The position numbers and the translations under genes are program-made. Under the pieces are notes generated by a model that saw nothing but the letters and a program-made list of their open reading frames with translations, was not told the DNA's origin and ran no database searches. Positions 24,701 through 37,500 of a stretch of DNA of 64,000 nt are shown here, in pieces (position 1 is the first letter of the stretch; the number at the start of each line of letters is the position of its first letter). This stretch comes from Macrostomum lignano (lineage: Eukaryota). The stretch covers positions 250,525 to 314,524 of the forward strand of contig NIVC01001321.1 of NCBI GenBank assembly GCA_002269645.1. Reading direction: 5' to 3'.

Positions 24701-26585
24701 GCGTCTGGTGTGAAAATTCTCGACGAAGTGCTGCAGGCCTTCAATGAGGTGAAGACACGGCACACGAGCCGCTACCTGCTGCTCGGCCTGATGAACAGCG
24801 ACCGCGAGATTGGCGTTCTGAAGAAGGCGCCGTTGACGGCACCATATGAGGAGTTCCTGGCGGATTTGAAGGCCTATCAAGACCAGGGCCGGGGAGTGTA
24901 CGGAGTGTACGATATCGAGTACGAGCTGGAGTCGAAACAGAAGCGAAACAAGCTGGTCTTTGTGAGCTGGTGAGTAAATGAAATGCGTTGTGTACTGCAG
25001 TCACTCAGGTGTGTTACTACAGTCACTCAGGTGTGTTACAACAGTCACTCAGGTGTGCTACTACAGTCACTCAGGTGTGTTACAACAGTCACTCAGGTGT
25101 GTTACTACAGTCACTCAGGTGTGTTATTACAGTCACTCAGGTCGGTTACTACAGTCACTCAGGTGTGTTTCAACAGTCACTCAGGTGTGTTACTACAGTC
25201 ACTCAGGTGTGTTACTACAGTCACTCAGGTGTGTTACTACAGTCACTCAGGTGTGTTACTACAGTCACTCAGGTGTGTTACTACAGTCACTCAGGTGTGT
25301 TACTACAGTCACTCAGGTGTGTTACAACAGTCACTCAGGTGTGTTACTACAGTCACTCAGGTGTGTTACTACAGTCACTCAGGTGTGTTACTACAGTCAC
25401 TCAGGTGTGTTACAATAGTCACTCAGGTGTGTTACAACAGTCACTCAGATGTGTTACTACAGTCACTCAGGTGTGTTACTACAGTCACTCAGGTGTGTTA
25501 CTACAGTCACTCAGGTGTGTTACTACAGTCACTCAGGTGTGTTACTACAGTCACTCAGGTGTGTTATTACAGTCACTCAGGTCGGTTACTACAGTCACTC
25601 AGGTGTGTTATTACAGTCACTCAGGTCGGTTACTACAGTCACTCAGGTGTGTTTCAACAGTCACTCAGGTGTGTTACTACAGTCACTCAGGTGTGTTACT
25701 ACAGTCACTCAGGTGTGTTACTACAGTCACTCAGGTGTGTTACTACAGTCACTCAGGTGTGTTACTACAGTCACTCAGGTGTGTTACTACAGCCACCAAG
25801 GTATTTAAACAACTCGACTTATGGTTGTAAAGTTCCACATAAATACATATCTGCTGTACTAACGGCACTGAGGGTGTGTACACAGGTACAAGTATATGTA
25901 CTTCAGTTGCTTATTTGGGTATATAAGTATTTTTTACTTCCGGGTACTAAAACATTTGTGCATTTGCTACTCAGATGTGCACTTGTGCAAAGATCTAGCC
26001 TATAAAACTATAAATATCTGTGCATAACGAGTGAAGAAGTCGAACCTACCGTACAGTGGAACCACAGCTAGCATTAGTACTGAGCTAAAGGAATCACAGG
26101 GGCAGAGCAACTTAGCCGCGTTTATTTTGGGTCCGTGAGCACGAAAATTGGCCGGCGGGTTGTTGTGCGTTTCACACCTATGCCTAGCAACAAAGAAGTC
26201 AGGGCAGCTGTGCACCCTTTTCATTAGAGGCAGGGGGCTGTGTGCACCCTGGTGCACTTTAAGCGACATTGTCACACAACCGTCGAGAGGCATTACCGCC
26301 CATTCCGCCCACTCCCCTGAGCGCACTTGCTCAGGAGTCAGCGGTTGTGGGGCGATGTTTAAAAAGCTTTTGAACAGGAATTTCATAAGTTCCACACCCG
26401 ACCGGCATTACAGGGGCCCGGACAACCTGCCCATCCGGCAGCGGATGCTCATCGCCTCCTCCAAGAACGACCTGCGTCGCAAGCTGCAGGGAGTTCACAA
26501 GGAGATGCAGGCCAGCGAGCTAGGCGAGATCACCGAGGACTGCATGATCGAGGTGTGCAGGCAGGGCGACCTGGGCTCCAACTGA
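24701..26585 (+). CDS. ADF/cofilin family actin-depolymerizing protein; exons 24701-24969 and 26414-26585; initiator ATG not found in the window
   Basis: Acceptor TTTTGCCAG followed by ASGVKILDEVLQAFNEVK; KRNKLVFVSW|GPDNLPIRQRMLIASSKNDLRRKLQGVHKEMQASE matches the ADF-H consensus. The GT-AG intron is phase 2 and the phases join. Confidence 0.9.
24995..25792. repeat. 22-bp intronic minisatellite CTACAGTCACTCAGGTGTGTTA
   Basis: Tandem unit read directly, inside the cofilin intron. Confidence 0.95.
26218..26325 (-). mobile_element. 3' fragment of the same SINE family as 10809-11173 (a central fragment lies at ~28487-28550)
   Basis: Shares ATTAGAGGCAGGGGG..TGTGCACCCTGG..TTAAGCG..CACACAACC..AGAGGCATTAC.GCCCATTCCGCC.ACTCCCCTGAGC with 10814-10920. 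Confidence 0.75.
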
Positions 26586-27601
26586 CCTTGGAGAGCTTGG
26601 ACTTTGTAGCTAAGCGGCTCTCGGATTGAACTGGCGAGATAGAAAGTTTCCTGCTCAATTTCCTGGTCCTTGCATTTGAAATTGAGGCTGTAGGCAAAAA
26701 AAAGTGACAGTAAAATACAAAACGGATTATCTACAGGTAGTTCGAAAAGCACAGAAAAGTTCCTATCTCGCCGAGTTTTGACTTCCTAAATTGAGAAGGG
26801 ATGACTCCTTTTAAATTAAATACGCCCTTGAGATCCCTTGTTAATGATTTCTATACTTTCGTGAGCATGGCGTTTCAGCAAACTGCTCTAGTGTCACGTG
26901 ATGCTGTTTGAAACTATCGATAAAGGTTGCATTGATCACGCGACCAACGCGTGCGCTTGCCGTTCAAGGTCGAACAAACTTACAATAGCTAGCCATATAG
27001 AGAGTAAAAGTCACGCATGTACTTTTTCAATTTTGCTGTGTGCTTCGCTTTGAAAAGTTTCTGATAATAACCACTGTGGCCTTGCAATTCGCATCCGATG
27101 TCAGTTTTATGAGCTACAATTTTTACTGTCAATCGATTACTTATCTAGCGGTGGCCAAGATTTTTTTGCGGCCTAATCTATTTACCCTCAAGCTCTGTTC
27201 AGTATTATCTGTATGCACCGACTCTGCCTTTGATAGTAGTCTGTTTGGACTGATTTTCATTTTCATTTATCCTCAAAGTTTTTTTTTTCACTGCAGCATG
27301 TTTTGTTTTTGTTTTTGTTCTACTCATAGTAGACTGCTGACAGCTTACTAATTAGCTTAATTAATATACACCAGTCAATCAACTTTTAGACACGTTTTGA
27401 AGTCACAAATCAAGTCTAATTAAATCTGCTTGGAATTTGTTTTCAACGTATTTGCAATTTTGAGTTGTGAAATTGTTTAAGTTTATTCTATGTATTTGTT
27501 AATTTTTACTCTTTAGCACATTTCGGGTTTCACACTTTAGGATGTAAGTAGATATTCATCAGAAGTCATCTGCTCTGTTTGTCAAGTAGACTCCGGAGCC
27601 A

Positions 27602-30600
27602 TCAGATGATTGGCAATTTGCGTGTCGGTATGTCCAGGACTACATCCATGTCCGGGGTGCACCTGGGTAAGGTGTGTGAGAACTGCTGTATAATGTAGGC
27701 TCAGACCTGAGAATCTGTTGAACTGGGTTTGTGCTGACTCCGTCACCAACATCACTCCATCATCAACCTCACTCCGTCACCAACCTCACTCCGTCACCAA
27801 CCTCACTCCGTCACCAACCTCACTCCGTCACCAACCTCACTCCGTCACCAACCTCACTCCGTCACCAACCTCACTCCGTCACCAACCTCACTCCGTCACC
27901 AACCTCACTCCGTCACCAACCTCACTCCGTCACCAACCTCACTCCGTCACCAACCTCACTCCGTCACCAACCTCACTCCGTCACCAACCTCACTCCGTCA
28001 CCAACCTCACTCCGTCACCAACCTCACTCCGTCACCAACCTCACTCCGTCACCAACCTCACTCCGTCACCAACCTTACTCCGTCACCAACCTCACTCCGT
28101 CACTAACGTCACTCCGTCACCATGTTCGAGCCACACACTGTTCCATGCCTTCAGCCCGCCCAGCAACCCCAGGTGGCTGGAGTGACTCACTTCTCCTGCT
28201 TCCTGAAAATGTGCGGGAACATGCTGCTGGGCACGGCCGCCTCGGGGTCCCGTCTCAACGCATCGTTGGCCGCTTCCAGGGAGCGAATCTCGGCGCGAAG
28301 GCGGCAGTTGAGGTCGCGATGGAACTCGATGTCTTGAGCAAGTTTCTTGCTCTCATCGGCCATGCCGACAATGGAGGGGTGCAGCTCCGAGAGAGCTTTC
28401 TGTGGAGTATCGGGGCCGTTATGACTGGGTGGTGAACCAGGGCGACAGGCGGCCAAGGACCCAGAGAAGAGGCAAGCAGTCAAACACACGCTCACACAGG
28501 GTGTACAGCGGCCCTGACCCTTTAACTGTTAGAAGATGTACACTCTGAGCCTCCGGGTTGCCCTCATGCGCAAAAATTGAACAAGGTCCCGCCCCCTTTA
28601 ACATGTTGCTAGGTTTCAAATGAATTGAATTCGAGTACTGCCACAACCCCAGTCTCTGTCCACCTCAATCCTCTGTCCACCTTACTCCTCTGTTCACCTC
28701 ACTCCTCTGCCCACCTCACTCCTCTACCCACCTCACTACTCTACCCACCTCACTCCTCTGCCCACCTCACTACTCTACCCACCTCACTCCTCTGCCCACC
28801 TCACTCCTCTACCCACCTCACTACTCTACCCACCTCACTACTCTACCCACCTCACTACTCTACCCCCCTCACTCCTCTGCCCACCTCACTCCTCTACCCA
28901 CCTCACTACTCTACCCACCTCACTACTCTACCCACCTCACTACTCTACCCCCTCACTCCTCTGCCCACCTCACTCCTCTACCCACCTCACTACTCTACCC
29001 ACCTCACTACTCTACCCCCCTCACTCCTCTGCCCACCTCACTCCTCTACCCACCTCACTACTCTACCCCCCTCACTCCTCTGCCCACCTCACTCCTCTAC
29101 CCACCTCACTACTCTACCCACCTCACTACTCTACCCCCCTCAATCCTCGATATGTCCACTTCAATCCCCTGTCCACCTCACTCCCTTGTCCACCTCACTC
29201 CCCTGTCCACCTCACTCCTCTGCCCACCTCACTCCCTTGTCCACCTCACTCCCCTGTCCACCTCACTCCTCTGTCCACCTCACTCCTCTGCCCACCTCAC
29301 TCCTCTGCCCACCTCACTCCTCTGCCCGCCTCACTCCTCTGTCCACCTCACTCCTCTGCCCACCTCACTCCTCGATATGTCCACTTCACTCCACTGTCCA
29401 CCTCACTCCCTTGTCCACCTCACTCCCCTGTCCACCTCACTCCTCTGCCCGCCTCACTCCTCTGTCCACCTCACTCCTCTACCCACCTCACTACTCTACC
29501 CCCCTCACTCCTCTGTCCACCTCACTCCTCTGCCCACCTCACTCCTCGATATGTCCACTTCACTCCCCTGTCCACCTCACTCCCCTGTCCACCTCACTCC
29601 CCTGTCCACCTCACTCCCCTGTCCACCTCACTCCTCTGTCCACCTTACTCCTCTGTCCACCTCAATCTTTTACCCACCTCACTCCTCACTCACTCCCCTG
29701 TCCATCTCACTCCTCGATATGTCCACTTCACTCCGCTGTCCACTTCACTCCTCTGTCTACCTCACTCCCCTGTCTACCTCACTCCTCAGTCCACTTCACT
29801 TCTCTGTCCACTTCACTCCTCTGTCCACCTCACTCCTCTGCCCACCTCACTCCTCTGCCCACCTCACTCCTCTGTCCACCTCACTCCTTTGTCCACCTCA
29901 CTCCTCTGTCCACCTCACTCCTCTGTCCACCTCACTCCTCTGTCCACCTCACTCCTCTGTCCACCTCACTCCTCTGCCCACCTCACTCCTCGATATGTCC
30001 ACTTCACTCCACTGTCCACCTCACTCCTCTTCCACCTCACTCCTCTGTCCACCTCACTCCTCTGTCCACCTCAATCTTCTACCCACCTCACTCCTCACTC
30101 ACTCCCCTGTCCACCTCACTCCTCGATTTGTCCACTTCACTCCACTGTCCACTTCACTCCACTGTCCACTTCACTCCACTGTCCACTTCACTCCACTGTC
30201 CACTTCACTTCACTGTCCATTTCACTCCACTGTCCACTTCACTCCACTGTCCACTTCCACGCTGTCCACTTCACTCCACTGTCCACTTCCACGCTGTCCG
30301 CTGTCCGCTGTCCACCTCACTCCTCTACCCATCTCACTTATCCACCACCTCCCTCCCTCTACGAGCTCTTAGTTCCCCAAGGTCCTTCCCATTCACATCC
30401 TGAATGTGACCAATGCCAACTTGTGAATAAAGGTTTGCGCACAGCACCCGCCCGGACACACCTTGGCCACGCCAGCCCTCATGGCCTCCAAAGACTGCGA
30501 GTCCTGCCCCATCAGCTTCCTCTGCTCGGCCTGAATCACCTCGAGCAGCTGTTCCTCCTCTTCCTGTGGGATAAATTTATTAAATTACAAGTTAATTGTA

Positions 30601-33600
30601 TGATATAGCGACATGAAGTTGAGATGTTGCAAATCATGAAACATAAGTAAATAAATAGTTTAGACGCAAAGTGACAGACTTGCAAAGTGTACAATATCGT
30701 AAAGATTTTTGTGATTTTATTGCAGGGTTGCGATAGTAAATAAACATTTAATATTCGAGCTTTCATGCTGCAACCATGCTGGATACGATTGGTTGCGTCA
30801 TGTCAGTTACAGTTGGTCAGAAACAATTTTGAATGTCGGTGAGAAGCCAGTGATTAACTGAAACGTCCATGCACTGGCAAGAACACATGAATATCTACTT
30901 CAGTGCAATAAAACACAATAAACACAGCTAAACACACTCCCTCATCACAAATAAACACACTCCCTCATCACAAATAAACACACTCCCTCATCACAAATAA
31001 ACACACTTCCTCATCACAAATAAACTCACTCCCTCATCACAAATAAACACACTCCCTCATCACAAATAAACTCACTCCCTCATCACAAATAAACACACTC
31101 CCTCATCACAAATAAACTCACTCCCTCACCACAAGTAAACACACTCCCTCATCACAAATAAACACACTCCCTCATCACAAATAAACACACTCCCTCATCA
31201 CAAATAAACACACTCCCTCACCACAAATAAACACACTCCCTCATCACAAATAAGCACACTCCCTCATCAAAAATAAAACACTCCCTCACCACAAATAAAC
31301 ACACTCCCTCATCACAAATAAACACACTCCCTCATCAAAAATAAACACACTCCCTCGTCACAAAAAAACACACTCCCTCATCAAAAATAAACACACTCCC
31401 TCACCACAAGTAAACACACTCCCTCATCACAAAAAAACACACTCCCTCATCACAAATAAACACACTCCCTCACCACAAGTAAACACACTCCCTCATCACA
31501 AATAAACACACTCCCTCACCACAAGTAAACACACTCCCTCATCAAAAATAAACACACTCCCTCGTCACAAATAAACACACTCCCTCACCACAAGTAAACA
31601 CACTCCCTCATCACAAATAAACACACTCCCTCACCACAAGTAAACACACTCCCTCATCAAAAATAAACACACTCCCTCGTCACAGATATGTATCATCGAT
31701 ACTACCGTTACTAAACCCTACTTTATATGCACTTTGTTAACGCACTCCAACGATCAAATATCCTTCAGCCATAAGCATTGTGAAAATTGTGAACAAAATA
31801 ACGAATTGTTTAACTAACGAATCATAGGTTCCGAGCTGAAATGGTGGAAAGGCTCAATTAAATTTTGTTCATACTACTGCCAAATTCGTTTCCAGTAGGC
31901 ATAGCCGGCTGTTCAATCCGAAAATTCAAACAAAATCGATAGAGAAAAAATCTTATTTGCTGATAGAAGCACACTTAGAAATGAAAAGAATTTTGCTAAC
32001 TCAGTTGGTGCAGACTCGGGGCATTCAAGTTGTGCTGAAAGTATAGTTTGATATATTCTGGGGTAACTATCATAAGTGCAAATGGTTACTCCAAAACTGC
32101 GAAGACGCAGAACGCCCTGATTGAGCAGAACGTTTTCTGAGAAAAGCTGCTCAAATATCTAAAATTTCAGCAATGAAAGGGATGATTTTCGAGCTCTGGA
32201 TGCTAAATAAGCATTTTTTTACAGTTTTACAGCACAACAGGCACATACAGGCGCTACTGACCAAGTAGTAAGTTTCTATCAACAATATTGAAATATACAA
32301 TACTCGTACTATGTTCGCAGTTTACTACTCAAACACAAGTAGTTCGAGACAGTTTTTAAACAGTTTTCATAGGTACATATAGATGTTCATGTTTATCTTG
32401 GAGGCAAGTTTCCTTTGGGCAAACAGGTAATTCAACCTGTCTAACAGGTAACTCAACCTGTCTAACAGGTAACTTGGCCTGTCTAACAGGTAACTCAACC
32501 TGTCTAACAGGTAACTCAACCTGTCTAACAGGTAACTCAACCTGTCTAACAGGTAACTTGGCCTGTCTAACAGGTAACTCAACCTGTCTAACAGGTAACT
32601 CAACCTGTCTAACAGGTAACTTGGCCTGTCTAACAGGTAACTCAACCTGTCTAACAGGTAACTCAACCTGTCTAACAGGTAACTTGGCCTGTCTAACAGG
32701 TAACTCAACCTGTCTAACAGGTAACTCAACCTGTCTAACAGGTAACTCAACCTGTCTAACAGGTAACTCAACCTGTCTAACAGGTAACTCAACCTGTCTA
32801 ACATGTAACTCAACCTGTCTAACAGATGACTGACTTGTTGAACAATGAGAGGATTTGCATAAATCTGCACGCACCTCGTTATCCAGCTGAGCGGATGCCA
32901 GCTGCTGCTTGAGCTGGTGAATTAGCACCAGGCGTTCCGGATAAATTTTATCTTTGTAGTTGTTGAGCAGAGCCAGCTCGGCGTAGATCTCGTTTACTTC
33001 GTCAACTACGGCCTGCAGCTGGACTGCAGTTCTGTGACGGGTTTGTTTAACAGGCAGGTGTGGGTAATTGTGTAATTAAGAGTGTAATTTCTACTTAATG
33101 ACTGACTGATATTACTAAAAGGTAAAATCGATAATTACTCTGCGTTGAAGCGCCGAGTCGCTGTTTGAGTTCGTCCAGCTCAGCCTGCAGCTCCTGTCTC
33201 TGGCGATCGAATCGCTGCCTCATCACATGAATTCCGTCCTGAACAGTTTTAAACGTGAAGAATACCATTTAGCGTCATATTTATTATCACTGCCTAGTCC
33301 ATGTCTCACCCTCGATTTTTGATAGCGCCTCAGGCAGTCGTCCGCCGATTTCAAATTTACTCGCTCATCATTTTCGATTAGATGAAACATGTCGAGATTG
33401 CTTTTGATGCTGTTGAGCAAATATAAAATTAAGTAAAACGACCGTCGAAGTTTATATTGATTGAAAAATAATCAAATAAAAATCAATAGTTTGTATCTTA
33501 CAGCTCAGTTTGTCGTTTTTTAATGTCATGCAAAGTCTTCTCATGAAGTCTAATCTTGACCTGAAAAATAGTTTGGCTGAATTATAGCAACTCGTACATG

Positions 33601-34076
33601 CATATTAAAACTTTTAGTTCCAAAAATCTAACCAATGCAATAATCATACTTATAGTTCAATTTGCATTTTAATCTTCAAATTCAATCTTCGAGTATTTAA
33701 AGTATGACTTACTTTAATTTCTTTCATTCTTGCTTTCTTTTTTTCTTCTTCCAGTCGGGCAGCCTCTCGAGCTCGGAAATTGTTCCATGGATGGTTGCAC
33801 TTTGACAGACTGCATGCCGATCCAACACGGCTAGGGCTTTCGGAAATTGAAAACGCACCCCAAGTAAATGCTAAAATGGTAATAGAAAAACTCTTCGATA
33901 AAATAGTTCAGAAGCTGTCCTGCAATGGAATTCTACAACTTACGAACTTTGGTTCGGAGTAAAGTGAAAGATCGTTTTAACTTACATTCAGTGTCCAACG
34001 GTTTAGTCACTTGCTGCTTAGGTTCCCTTGGAGAGGGAAATCGGTTTCTTTCCCACTGAGTATAGTCTACGGACAT
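27602..34076 (-). CDS. C20orf96: C20orf96/DUF4618-like coiled-coil protein, 342 aa; exons 34076-33986, 33870-33713, 33560-33502, 33409-33310, 33238-33139, 33023-32875, 30563-30462, 28399-28191, 27662-27602
   Basis: All introns are GT-AG with compatible phases and the exons sum to 1029 nt. N-terminal VDYTQW, central LALLNNYKDKIYPERLVLIHQLKQQL and C-terminal KCTPDMDVVLDIP match my recollection of vertebrate C20orf96 (KCTPDMDVILNIP). Confidence 0.8.
27736..28122. repeat. 17-bp intronic minisatellite CCGTCACCAACCTCACT
   Basis: Near-perfect tandem copies in the last intron of the C20orf96-like gene. Confidence 0.95.
28655..30330. repeat. ~17-bp C-rich intronic minisatellite CCACCTCACTCCTCTG(T/C)
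   Basis: Degenerate tandem array; source of the 592-aa and 406-aa P/H/S/T/L pseudo-ORFs. Confidence 0.95.
30935..31685. repeat. 23-bp intronic minisatellite AACACACTCCCTCATCACAAATA
   Basis: Tandem unit read directly. Confidence 0.95.
32427..32825. repeat. 21-bp intronic minisatellite AACAGGTAACTCAACCTGTCT
   Basis: Tandem unit read directly, with a periodic TTGG variant unit. Confidence 0.95.
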
Positions 34077-34323
34077 TATTATGCCAGAGTTTTCCGTTGA
34101 GAAAATGTGACTGAATTGATGAAGACAATCCAAGACAATTATTTAATTGCAACTCAGTTATAAAATGTAAGAACTGAGTGCAGTTGAAAATCTAAGAGAC
34201 TCTAACATTTTAAAGCTATTTCAATAATAAAACAATCAGAAGCACTTTAATATTTTTATTACAGTCAAAGAATACAGGTAATATTTTGTGATTTTGTAAA
34301 CCAAAAAAAGTGTAAGTATTACT

Positions 34324-34337
34324 TTTGTTATAGCAAC
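34324..34337. promoter_or_regulatory. RFX X-box-like motif in the C20orf96/OXCT1 divergent promoter
   Basis: TTTGTTATAGCAAC matches 13/14 positions of GTHNYY-AT-RRNAAC and lies ~250 bp upstream of the C20orf96-like ATG. Confidence 0.45.
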
Positions 34338-34551
34338 CACTTAATTAAACCGGGATGATCATCATCTAAAAAGTACCCACTGTACATATCGACGTTAACC
34401 ACACCCCCATCCACCACATCCCACACGTATCACGTGGACGCTGGAGCCAGTTGTCCAAAGTTGGACTTATAAATATTAGCCCTACATTGATTATATAATT
34501 ATATTTAAATAAATTATCAAGGTTCTTTCGAAAGGCCTTCATCAAAAAATA

Positions 34552-37500
34552 ATGTTTAAGTTTACTGCACCTGCACGCACTTCTTTGCTCTTCTTACAAT
34601 GGGTAAGTAAAGTTTATTAAATAATATGGGCCTGCAACTTCAAGATTCTAAGACAGACCCTAACCCATAGTAGGCCTGAATAATGAATGCTATGATTTGC
34701 TAGGCCTATGCCATGCCATCTGTTGTAGTTTTGTGGCAGTTCAATGAAGTCATGGTCTCACCATCTCAGCTGGGTACAGGATTTGCCATGTGTATTTTTT
34801 TGTTTTTTAGACTTAATGTAATGATTTTTTAAATTATGATATTACTTTTTAAATGGTATAGTATTGTCTAAAGTATTTTTCTAGATTTGCACCTACCTTT
34901 AAATATTATAGGCTTTAACTTTTTAAAATCATTTCTGACAAGTCAAATTAGTCAATAAGGAATAACAATGTTGTTAATATTTGTAATATAAATTTCAACA
35001 CATTTCTCAAAACCTCAATTTTACAATTTTAAACAAATTAATTTGGTTAGTCATTATCATTATTAAGAGTCCCAAAAGTTCACAGAATGTTTGATGAAGC
35101 TCATCAATAGGCTAGGCCTACCTTAACCCTATAGTCAGGATCATGTCATAGTATACACTGGAATAAAAAGTCCCCTAAAAAAATCTACGCCACTTCATAC
35201 TGAAACGTACGCCAAGGTCCTAGGAACTTACGCTAGGTTTTCTAGGCTTTGCAACAATAAATGACCTTTTTTGCGTGTTACACATTTTTTAACAATAAAA
35301 ATTTAACAAATTGTGGTATTCGTTTAAAGTAAATTGGCTTATAGATAATGCCAACAAAAATCAAATTTTTGTTTAAGTTTTTTATAGAAAATTAACACAA
35401 TTAGTTTGCATGGAATTTAAAATTTTTATAAATCACAAATAGTTATGAACTTTCATCTTACAAGTTTTATGATTTTTATGATTTTATAATAAGATTCTGA
35501 GGTTACGGCATTATGCCAACAATTGTTAATATTAACTTTGGCATGAAGGTTGGAGTTGGCATACGCTGCTTGGCGTATTTATGCCATGGCGTCATGCCAT
35601 AAGGTATGCCAAATATATTTTGCCTCATTTTTTATGCCAATTGTACACCGGAAATTTCCGGCGTAATGTACATCATCCTGACTATGGCCTTAACCTTACC
35701 AATTTTGATATTTTAGCCTGTCATATATGTCAAACTAAAGATAAATTTTCAACTAAAAAGCTTGTTTTTTAATTTTCTTTTTATCTAGTTCTAGTTAAGA
35801 GTTATAAAAAAAAAATTAAAAGAAGGTTAGTACCAACTAATGTTATATAACCATAACCTTAAGTGTCTCAAATTTAGAAATCTTTGAGAGATTTAAATCA
35901 GTGGTACTAATTTGGTAGAGTTGACTTGGAAATGGTCAATTAAACAGATAGCTCTTAAATTGTCAGATGAGCATCCAAGTCCAACAGAGCTATGACCTAT
36001 TAACATGATATCTTATCACCTAATATGCAAACTTAGATGCTAGATAGTGGCTGGTCATTCACTAAAATAGCTGGTCATTCATAATAAATTGGCTATCTTT
36101 GAGCCATTGGATCAATTCATTAATAGCTATGCAGTTTTGGTTCTAATCTATCCTATAGACTATATGGCAAAAACTTGACTTCATTGACTCTAGGACAAGG
36201 TATGGAAAGAGCTCATCTTAAAATTTTATTTGAAAAAGAAACATTTGGTATGGAATAAACAAGCATTGAGAGCATTACATAGGGTCAATCTGTTTCTCCA
36301 ATATGTTATCAACATACATATGCAACACTTGGCTAAGTAGGCCAGTCCCTAGCTGGCTAGCGAATGGCTCAGCCAAAGTAAGTTGCAAAATTGCCCCTAC
36401 CGAAAATATAGATATAGTACTAATTAGATGGTATTTAGCCTTAAATATAAAGTCATAGTTACGCCTGCTGTTTATCTAAAATCATATGAATTTTTGTTTG
36501 CATTTAATTTATAGATAATTTGCATTTTTTGGTCAAAAAGTAAATTGCACAGCAGTTGTAAAATAAGTGGGTTGCATAATTCATACATGCACAATCTTGG
36601 GAATCACCTAGCCATTTCTATTGGCAACACACATGTAAATTGCTAAATGAACTGAATAGTAGTCACGTGACTGCTCTCAGCCAATAGCCACTTACATGTG
36701 TATGTTGCCAGTAGAAATGGCTGGGTGAATCCCTAGGTTGTGCCTAAGCATGTTGCACATGAGTGTGGCTAAAAGATCTAAAAAGTCAAAGATAAAAAAA
36801 TTATATTGTGCCTAAACTTCAATAAAGCCTCTATAATACTACTACTAAAGACTCTGTGTAGATATATCAATCCCCATGAGAAATCTCCCTACCCTAAAAC
36901 CACCTATTTGCCATGCCCCAGTGGTCTGTTGTAAGCTGCATGTATTTGGGCTGAAGCAAAATGGAAATGAAGCTTAACTTTGGAATCAAAAACCTCCATA
37001 GAAACGAAATGCATCTGACAGTAGTGAAATCCCTATACTTTTGTCTGATCTTGTCCACCCTGACATTGTACAGAACGAGTTGAATCAGATCATATCATGA
37101 CTGACTGGTTTAACCACTGCATTCACTGCAGAGTCCCAGCCAGTTCACCAGCTCAGCTGTCCTCAGCCGTCGCTGGCTCGGCCTCAGCGCCGCCCTGCGC
37201 TCCCCGAAGCTGTTCACCGACCCGCTGGAGGCCGTCAAGGACATCCCGGACGGCTCTCGCATCCTTGTTGGCGGCTTCGGACTCTGCGGCATCCCTGAGA
37301 ATCTCATCGACGGCCTGCACCGGCACGGCGCCAAGGACCTGACGGTGATCAGCAACAATGCCGGCGTTGACGACTTCGGGCTGGGCCGGCTGCTGCGGTC
37401 CAGACAGATCCGCAGGATGGTGTCCTCCTATGTGGGAGAGAATGCCGAGTTCGCCAGGCAGTACCTCAGCGGCGAGCTGGAGGTAAGGCTGCTTGTGTGC

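Noticed and set aside
26632-26773. Short inverted repeat GGCGAGATAG(A/G)AA..TTT as a MITE
   Set aside because: Only ~17 bp of imperfect symmetry, with no TSD or second copy in the window.
28625-30608. 592-aa Pro/His/Ser/Thr-rich mucin-like ORF
   Set aside because: It is an intronic C-rich minisatellite on the antisense strand of the C20orf96-like gene.
33223-33420. Stand-alone 65-aa ORF
   Set aside because: It is exon 4 of the C20orf96-like gene read through a 71-nt intron.
37129-37140. Spliced-leader AUG as initiator for OXCT1
   Set aside because: A phase-0 cis exon with ATG and a perfect GTAAGT donor (34552-34602) gives a 519-aa protein with a normal-length presequence.
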